This document shows, piece by piece, positions 29,038-33,680 of a stretch of DNA of 33,680 nucleotides. Every line of letters starts with the position of its first letter. The first letter of the stretch is position 1. Both the position numbers and the translations under genes were made by a program. Origin of the DNA: Abditibacteriaceae bacterium (GTDB lineage Bacteria; Armatimonadota; Abditibacteriia; Abditibacteriales; Abditibacteriaceae); NCBI GenBank assembly GCA_031425655.1, contig JANPJS010000280.1, positions 1 to 33,680 of the forward strand. Reading direction: 5' to 3'. The notes beneath the pieces were generated by a model. The model did not search any database, was not told where the DNA came from, and saw only the letters and a list, made by a program, of their open reading frames with translations.

Positions 29038-29721
29038 ATGGAAGAGAAAGAAAACACCAATGTCGGAAAATCTGCGCTTAATGACGCAATCATGATTTTC
29101 CTGTCGTTGGTCAGTGTCTTTTTGCTGTTTTTCGAGATTCTGGCCGAACATACGCCACAGCAATCTCATGCGCTGGGAATTGCTGATATTTGCATTGCTT
29201 CCATTTTCTTATTTGAGTTTTGCGTTCGGTTGGTTCACGCTCCAAATCGCGCCATTTTCCTGCGCCGTCATTGGTGGGAACTATTGGCTTCCATTCCAAT
29301 CAGTTCCGAAGCAACTCAAGCGTTGCGGGGCCTTAATCTTCTTCGCATTTTTCGTCTCATTCGTTTGTTAAGGCTCATTCGCCTTTTGGTTCGTCTCAAG
29401 ATCATTCTCAATGCTTCAACGCGCTTTGCCGAGCAAACTTACCTAATTTACATTTGCACGCTCGCAGGCATTGTTATTATGGCAGGTGCATTAGGTTTTC
29501 ATTACATGGAGTCAGACGTCAATCCCAATGTGCATAGTTTCTGGGACAGTTTTTGGTGGACAGTTGTCACCATAACGACAGTTGGTTACGGTGATATTTA
29601 TCCAGTCACAACAGGCGGTCGCATTATCGCCATCTTTCTTATGTTGGGCGGTATCGCTACCCTCAGCGCGGTTACAGCGGTCATTGCGGCTTATCTCGTC
29701 AGCAAAAAGGACTGCGACTAA
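29038..29721 (+). CDS. Voltage-gated-type potassium channel (6TM, KvAP-like), cassette gene
   Basis: TTVGYGD selectivity filter; S4-like RIFRLIRLLRLIR. Confidence 0.9.
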   Translation: MEEKENTNVGKSALNDAIMIFLSLVSVFLLFFEILAEHTPQQSHALGIADICIASIFLFEFCVRLVHAPNRAIFLRRHWWELLASIPISSEATQALRGLNLLRIFRLIRLLRLIRLLVRLKIILNASTRFAEQTYLIYICTLAGIVIMAGALGFHYMESDVNPNVHSFWDSFWWTVVTITTVGYGDIYPVTTGGRIIAIFLMLGGIATLSAVTAVIAAYLVSKKDCD

Positions 29722-29731
29722 AACTCACCAA

Positions 29732-29823
29732 CCGCGACAGAACAAGGCGCTGCACCCGACCGCCTACAGCTTCGTTCCCTTCGCTCGTGCCTCGCTGCGG
29801 TCTCTGCGCTTCCGGCGGCGAGT
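29732..29823 (+). repeat. attC-like site 1 (right end deleted)
   Basis: CAGAAC-AAGGC-GCTGCACCCG-A-CCGCC...GGCGGCGAGT; expected GAGCTTGGTCGTT end is missing. Confidence 0.75.
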
Positions 29824-29862
29824 TCGCACGGCTTGGTCGCGTGTCAGACTACTTGATGTCTC

Positions 29863-29892
29863 TTGAAACCCGCGAGAGAAAACCGATAAAAT
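29863..29892 (+). promoter_or_regulatory. Cassette-borne sigma70-like promoter
   Basis: TTGAAA-N18-TAAAAT ending 10 nt before ATG 29903. Confidence 0.5.
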
Positions 29893-29902
29893 TAAAGGCA
29901 GA

Positions 29903-30139
29903 ATGACACCTTCACTTGAGTCACTTTACCCCAATACAGCCTATTTTGTGGACGCGACTGGCTGGATTGAGATGGGACGCGACGATGATAGCCCTCTCAC
30001 CTCCTTCATCAGGGCACTTGATGCAGGTGGCATGGTGTGGGAAGGCAAAGACGAATACAAGACACTGGACGAGGCTTTTCAAGATTTGGAGCAGGGTCTT
30101 ACGGAGTGGATGCAAGAGCAAGGAATAGAGGCAGAGTGA
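29903..30139 (+). CDS. Hypothetical acidic protein (cassette gene)
   Basis: Intact 78-aa ORF between attC-like sites. Confidence 0.75.
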   Translation: MTPSLESLYPNTAYFVDATGWIEMGRDDDSPLTSFIRALDAGGMVWEGKDEYKTLDEAFQDLEQGLTEWMQEQGIEAE

Positions 30140-30178
30140 AACGCCTTCAAGCGGCAGGCGAAAGTGAATCAACAGCAG

Positions 30179-30264
30179 CACAGCAAGGCGCTGCACCCGC
30201 CCGCCTACAGCCTGCGCTCTTCCTCGCTCCGGCTTCCGATGGCGGGCAAGCTTGGTCGTTCCGC
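30179..30264 (+). repeat. attC-like site 2
   Basis: CACAGC (AAC mutated)-AAGGCGCTGCACCCGCCCGCC...GGCGGGCAAGCTTGGTC-GTT. Confidence 0.75.
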
Positions 30265-30341
30265 CTCTGTGCGCAGCTTGGATGCACGCGCGAAATAATC
30301 AGAGCCAATTTTGGTAAAATTGTATTCGCAGGAGAGCAAAC

Positions 30342-30655
30342 ATGAATCTCGTTGTGGATACATCCGTTATCATCGCGGTCATAGCCAACGAACCGGAAAA
30401 GGCTTCTTTGGTCACGCAAACTCAAGGCGCAGATTTATTCGCTCCACGCCCCATTCATTGGGAAATTGGCAATGCCTTTTCTGCAATGCTCAAGCGCCGG
30501 CGCGTCACTGTCGAGCAGGCCAAAGCTACATCATTGCGTGCGCCATCAACCAAAAGTGCCCGTTGCTCAGTTTGGATTCGGGCCTGATTCGCGCAGCTAA
30601 AGCGGCTGGAGTAGATGTTTTGGAGGTAGCACAAACCGATGCAAACATATCTTGA
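30342..30655 (+). pseudogene. vapC: VapC/PIN toxin pseudogene (internal deletion with frameshift near 30527)
   Basis: MNLVVDTSVIIA...WEIGNAFS...EQAKA, then in another frame YIIACAINQKCPLLSLDSGL; the central part ending in the conserved Y-D-A is absent. Confidence 0.8.
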
Positions 30656-30854
30656 AACCCAGCAAAGTCTTTCTGTTCTTCTTGAGCAAGCGTCTCAAGA
30701 AGGCGAGGTTCGCATTCGGCGTGAGGACGGCCAAACTTTTGTTCTCAAGCCAGAGAAAACCAAGCAATCTCCACTTGATGTCAAAGGCGTGGATTTAGGT
30801 ATTTCAACGGATGAGATTATCGGGTTTATTCGTGAAGGGCGAAAGCAGTTTTAA
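30639..30854 (+). CDS. Phd/YefM-like antitoxin
   Basis: QSLSVLLEQASQEGEVRIRREDGQTFVL; overlaps the PIN gene. Confidence 0.7.
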   Translation: MQTYLETQQSLSVLLEQASQEGEVRIRREDGQTFVLKPEKTKQSPLDVKGVDLGISTDEIIGFIREGRKQF

Positions 30855-30881
30855 GAACAAGACTGCGACGTGCCAACACCG

Positions 30882-30970
30882 GCAGAACAAGGCGCTTCTC
30901 AAACTGCCAACAACTTCGCTCCCTCGTGCCTCGCTTCACTTCAGGCGGCAGGTTAGCTTAGTCGTTATTT
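30882..30970 (+). repeat. attC-like site 3
   Basis: GCAGAAC-AAGGCGCT...GGCGGCAGGTTAGCTTAGTC-GTTATTT. Confidence 0.75.
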
Positions 30971-31021
30971 CGTCGCGCGGCTTGTTAGGTCGCTTTTAGT
31001 AAAATATGGTGCAGGAGGCCG

Positions 31022-31240
31022 ATGATGATACAGACAATTGAAGCCCTAATTGACGAAAATGGCAGCGTTCGTTTATTGGAAGAAGTGCATCTTCCTTCTG
31101 CGCGTCGCGCTCTTGTTACGATATTAGAGCAACCGGCAACGAACACGACGGAAACAGCTTTATTGAGCGAGGCGACTCTTGCCGCAGATTGGAATCGGCC
31201 AGAGGAGGACGAAGCGTGGTCACACCTTCAGCGGGCGTAG
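31022..31240 (+). CDS. Putative antitoxin of the MazF/PemK pair
   Basis: SD AGGAGG; C-terminal LSEATLAADWNRPEEDEAWSHL; overlaps the toxin start. Confidence 0.7.
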   Translation: MMIQTIEALIDENGSVRLLEEVHLPSARRALVTILEQPATNTTETALLSEATLAADWNRPEEDEAWSHLQRA

Positions 31241-31434
31241 TAGTCACCGTTTTGTTTCCCTTTTCGGATTTATCGAGTTCCAAATTACGCCCGGCCCTTG
31301 TTCTGGCTGATTCCGGTCGCGGCGATTGGATATTATGCCAGCTAACGAGCAAATCTTATTCAGATATATGTCGCTGCACCGAACCGCTTACAGCCTGCGC
31401 TACTCGTTCTTTTGTTGTAAGTGGCTCAATTTAA
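31216..31434 (+). pseudogene. mazF: Truncated PemK/MazF toxin
   Basis: SD GAGGAGG, GTG 31216: VTPSAG...FPFSDLSSSKLRPALVLA..GDWILCQLTS; homology ends near 31365 where the gene is fused to an attC fragment. Confidence 0.78.
31372..31401 (+). repeat. attC-like remnant 4
   Basis: CGCTGCACCGAACCGCTTACAGCCTGCGCT aligns with CGCTGCACCCGCCCGCCTACAGCCTGCGCT of site 2. Confidence 0.7.
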
Positions 31435-31462
31435 GCGAGAGTAATCGCCGTGGTGGCGCTGT

Positions 31463-32356
31463 TCAGCGTTCGCGTTCGGCGAAAGCGCGCAAGGCTTCGG
31501 AGCGCATTATCGCGGCGCTGATTTGCAGGCCGGCGCAGACTTCGACGGCGCGCACGTTGGTGTAAATCAGCATTCCCAAGCCATCAACCGGCGTGGCGCC
31601 GGCGGCTTTGGCTTCGCGCAGAAGACGCGTTTCAAGCGGGTTGTAAACGATGTCGTAAACGGTGTGGCCGGCGCGCAGAAACCGCGCGGGAATCGGCGTT
31701 TCGTCATATTGAGGGTGCATTCCCACCGAAGTCGCGTTGACGATGAGATCGGCTGCAGCGAGGTGCTTTTCCAGTGTTTCGTCGTCCAGTATGGCTGCAA
31801 CCGCCGAAATGCCGAGCGAGGCGGCTTCCTCGGCAATACGCGCTGCGCGCTCGACAGTGCGATTGAGCAACACCAGCGATTGCGCCCCGGCCCGCGCGAA
31901 AGTCAGTGCCAAACTGCGCGCCGCGCCGCCGCCGCCAAGAATCACGATGCGCGCTTTTTCAATTTTCGCGCCTTCTTCTTCGAGGCTTTTGACCGCCGCC
32001 CAACCGTCGCTGGAATAGCCGACAATCGCGCCATCGCCGCGAAAATGCAGCAGATTCGCGGCGCCGATGTCGCGCGCCGAAACATCGAGTTCGTCGCACA
32101 ACGCCAGCACGTTTTCCTTGTGTGGAATCGTCACCATCAGGCCGAGAAAGCCAAGCGCCTGCGCGCCGCGCACCGCGTTTCCGAGGCTTTCGGGCCGCAC
32201 ACGAAACGCGAGGTTGAGAATATCGGCGCCGATTTCACGCAGCGCCGCGTTTTGAATGCGCGGCGTCAGCGAATGCTCAATCGGATCGCCGATGATTGCA
32301 ATAGTTTTGAGTTTTGAGTTTTGAGTTTTGAGTTGGGAAGCCGAGGAATTCATCAC
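31463..32356 (-). CDS. aroE: Shikimate dehydrogenase
   Basis: IGDPIEHSLTP, VTIPHKE, LGGGGAARS, LNRT, NATSVGM, DIVYNPLET, DGLGML. Confidence 0.93.
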   Translation of the reverse strand: MMNSSASQLKTQNSKLKTIAIIGDPIEHSLTPRIQNAALREIGADILNLAFRVRPESLGNAVRGAQALGFLGLMVTIPHKENVLALCDELDVSARDIGAANLLHFRGDGAIVGYSSDGWAAVKSLEEEGAKIEKARIVILGGGGAARSLALTFARAGAQSLVLLNRTVERAARIAEEAASLGISAVAAILDDETLEKHLAAADLIVNATSVGMHPQYDETPIPARFLRAGHTVYDIVYNPLETRLLREAKAAGATPVDGLGMLIYTNVRAVEVCAGLQISAAIMRSEALRAFAERER

Positions 32357-32422
32357 GTTTTCTGAAATATGAGTCTACCCGGAAGCGAATAACTCAAAAT
32401 TCAAAACTTAAAACTCAAAACT
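32303..32422. repeat. Inverted heptamer array (TTTTGAG family) overlapping the aroE 5' end
   Basis: 32303-32334 vs 32391-32422; 30 bp of the right arm are identical to 8961-8990. Confidence 0.92.
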
Positions 32423-33610
32423 TTAAAGCTTCCCGCCGATAGTTTCTTTCCAGAACAGGCGGCCCCAGTTGGTGCGCCATTTTGCGGCGCAATCGAGCGG
32501 CGACAGCTTTTGCAGCGCGGCATCGGCGGCGCTCACGAGGACGATTTCCTGACCGCGCGCGACCAGACGGGCGCCGCCGGGCGCGGCTTCGGCGCGGACT
32601 TCGTGCGCCTGCAAACCGGCGCGCATCAAGGCGTTGACGGCTTGCGCGGCAGTTTCGGCGCGCTTTTGCACGGCGATTTTGTCTTTGTCGGAAAGAGCCA
32701 GTTCAAACAGCGTCACTTCGCCGCGTTTGACGATAAAACGGTCGCCGGATTCGATAATTTTGGCCATGCGTCCGCCCGTCACGTCGCGCGGGTTGAAAGT
32801 CAGGCCCATTTTTTGAATTTCGAGTTTGGCGGCCTCGGCGCGCTCGCCGGACGGCGGGTGCGTGCGAAAAATGCCCAGTTCAATTTCAGGATGGCCTTTT
32901 TCCTCCATGCTCAAACGCTGCATAAACGTCACAATCGCGGACGGATTATAAGGCGTTTTCGCCAAACCTTGCAGAGCCGAAACGTCGGCTTCTTTTTCGT
33001 ATTCGATGCCATAGCCGTTCATAATTCCAATCAGCAAATACTGCGACATTTGCGCGATTCCGGCGCCGTTGCGGCCTCCGGCGCCCAGCGCCATCAGCAT
33101 CGCGGCCAAGCCGGCCCAGCTCAATTTGCGCGCTTTGGCTTCGCCGCGCAAAGCGTGCATTCGCGCGTTGTGCCCGATTTCGTGCGCCAAAACCGCCGCG
33201 ATCTCGTCGTCGCTGTTGGAAAAGTCAATCAGGCCCTTGTAAACGTAAATCTGGCCGTTAGGCAGCGTGAAAGCGTTGATGTCTTTGTCGTCAATCAGCT
33301 TCACCGAGTATTTAATGTCGGGCCGCGCCGAGACTTTGCCCAACGTTTCGACCATTTTGTCGAGCTTGTCAATCAGCGCTTTGTCCGCCGGGTCTTTGGC
33401 CGGGTCGAGAACCTTGATTTTAGGGTTTTTCTCAAACTCGACGGAGGCTTTGCGGCCCATTTCGATTTCTTTTTCGGTGGCGGCGGACGGCGGCGTCTCG
33501 TCTTTGCCCGGCGTTGCGGCCCAAGCCGGCAAAAGGCTAAAAGGCAAAGCCGCGCAGATTAAAAAGTGGTGAAAATTCATAACGGCTCGAAGGAAATGTT
33601 TCAAATTCAT
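32423..33610 (-). CDS. M48 family zinc metallopeptidase, secreted
   Basis: INAFTLPNG, AHEIGH (HExxH), EKEAD, THP; start 33610 or 33580. Confidence 0.9.
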   Translation of the reverse strand: MNLKHFLRAVMNFHHFLICAALPFSLLPAWAATPGKDETPPSAATEKEIEMGRKASVEFEKNPKIKVLDPAKDPADKALIDKLDKMVETLGKVSARPDIKYSVKLIDDKDINAFTLPNGQIYVYKGLIDFSNSDDEIAAVLAHEIGHNARMHALRGEAKARKLSWAGLAAMLMALGAGGRNGAGIAQMSQYLLIGIMNGYGIEYEKEADVSALQGLAKTPYNPSAIVTFMQRLSMEEKGHPEIELGIFRTHPPSGERAEAAKLEIQKMGLTFNPRDVTGGRMAKIIESGDRFIVKRGEVTLFELALSDKDKIAVQKRAETAAQAVNALMRAGLQAHEVRAEAAPGGARLVARGQEIVLVSAADAALQKLSPLDCAAKWRTNWGRLFWKETIGGKL

Positions 33611-33680
33611 ACTTTCAATAGAACACGGATTTCACGGAAACGGCCACGGATTTTCACGGTTTTTTAGAATCTAACCGTGA
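33611..33680. repeat. CACGGA-family inverted repeat (right arm cut off by the window end)
   Basis: ACTTTCAATAGAACACGGATTTCACGGAAACGGCCACGGATTTTCACGGTT ... AACCGTGA. Confidence 0.8.

Larger units (their letters stand above)
28972..31401 (+). mobile_element. Degenerate integron cassette array lacking an integrase (CALIN-like)
   Basis: attC-like sites or remnants at 28972-28997, 29732-29823, 30179-30264, 30882-30970 and 31372-31401 separate short co-oriented genes. Confidence 0.8.

Noticed and set aside
29732..30970. attC-like repeats as a CRISPR array
   Set aside because: The repeats are about 90-bp imperfect hairpins separated by whole genes.

Overview
Bacterial chromosome window, moderately GC-rich. 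The DUF1559/H-X9-DG prepilin gene and overall gene style suggest Armatimonadota/Abditibacteriota (inference). Left part (minus strand): a carbohydrate-utilisation locus with a sugar ABC transporter, SGNH esterase, sulfatase, sialate O-acetylesterase and a prepilin-type DUF1559 gene, followed by a lipoprotein and a hybrid kinase / single receiver / REC-PP2C operon. Middle: a complete F0F1 ATP synthase operon (atpZ-I-B-E-F-H-A-G-D-C), murA, an inserted gene, mreB/mbl and pyrH. Right: a decaying integron-type cassette array without an integrase (attC-like sites; Kv channel, hypothetical gene, two toxin-antitoxin pairs with both toxins broken), then aroE and an M48 peptidase. The most striking unexplained feature is a set of 12 intergenic inverted arrays of 7-bp or 9-12-bp tandem units. 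They use several different unit sequences, most start within a few nt of a stop codon, and many end just before the next start codon. One family carries a covarying C-GAA-G mini-hairpin. A candidate structured RNA switch lies upstream of murA.
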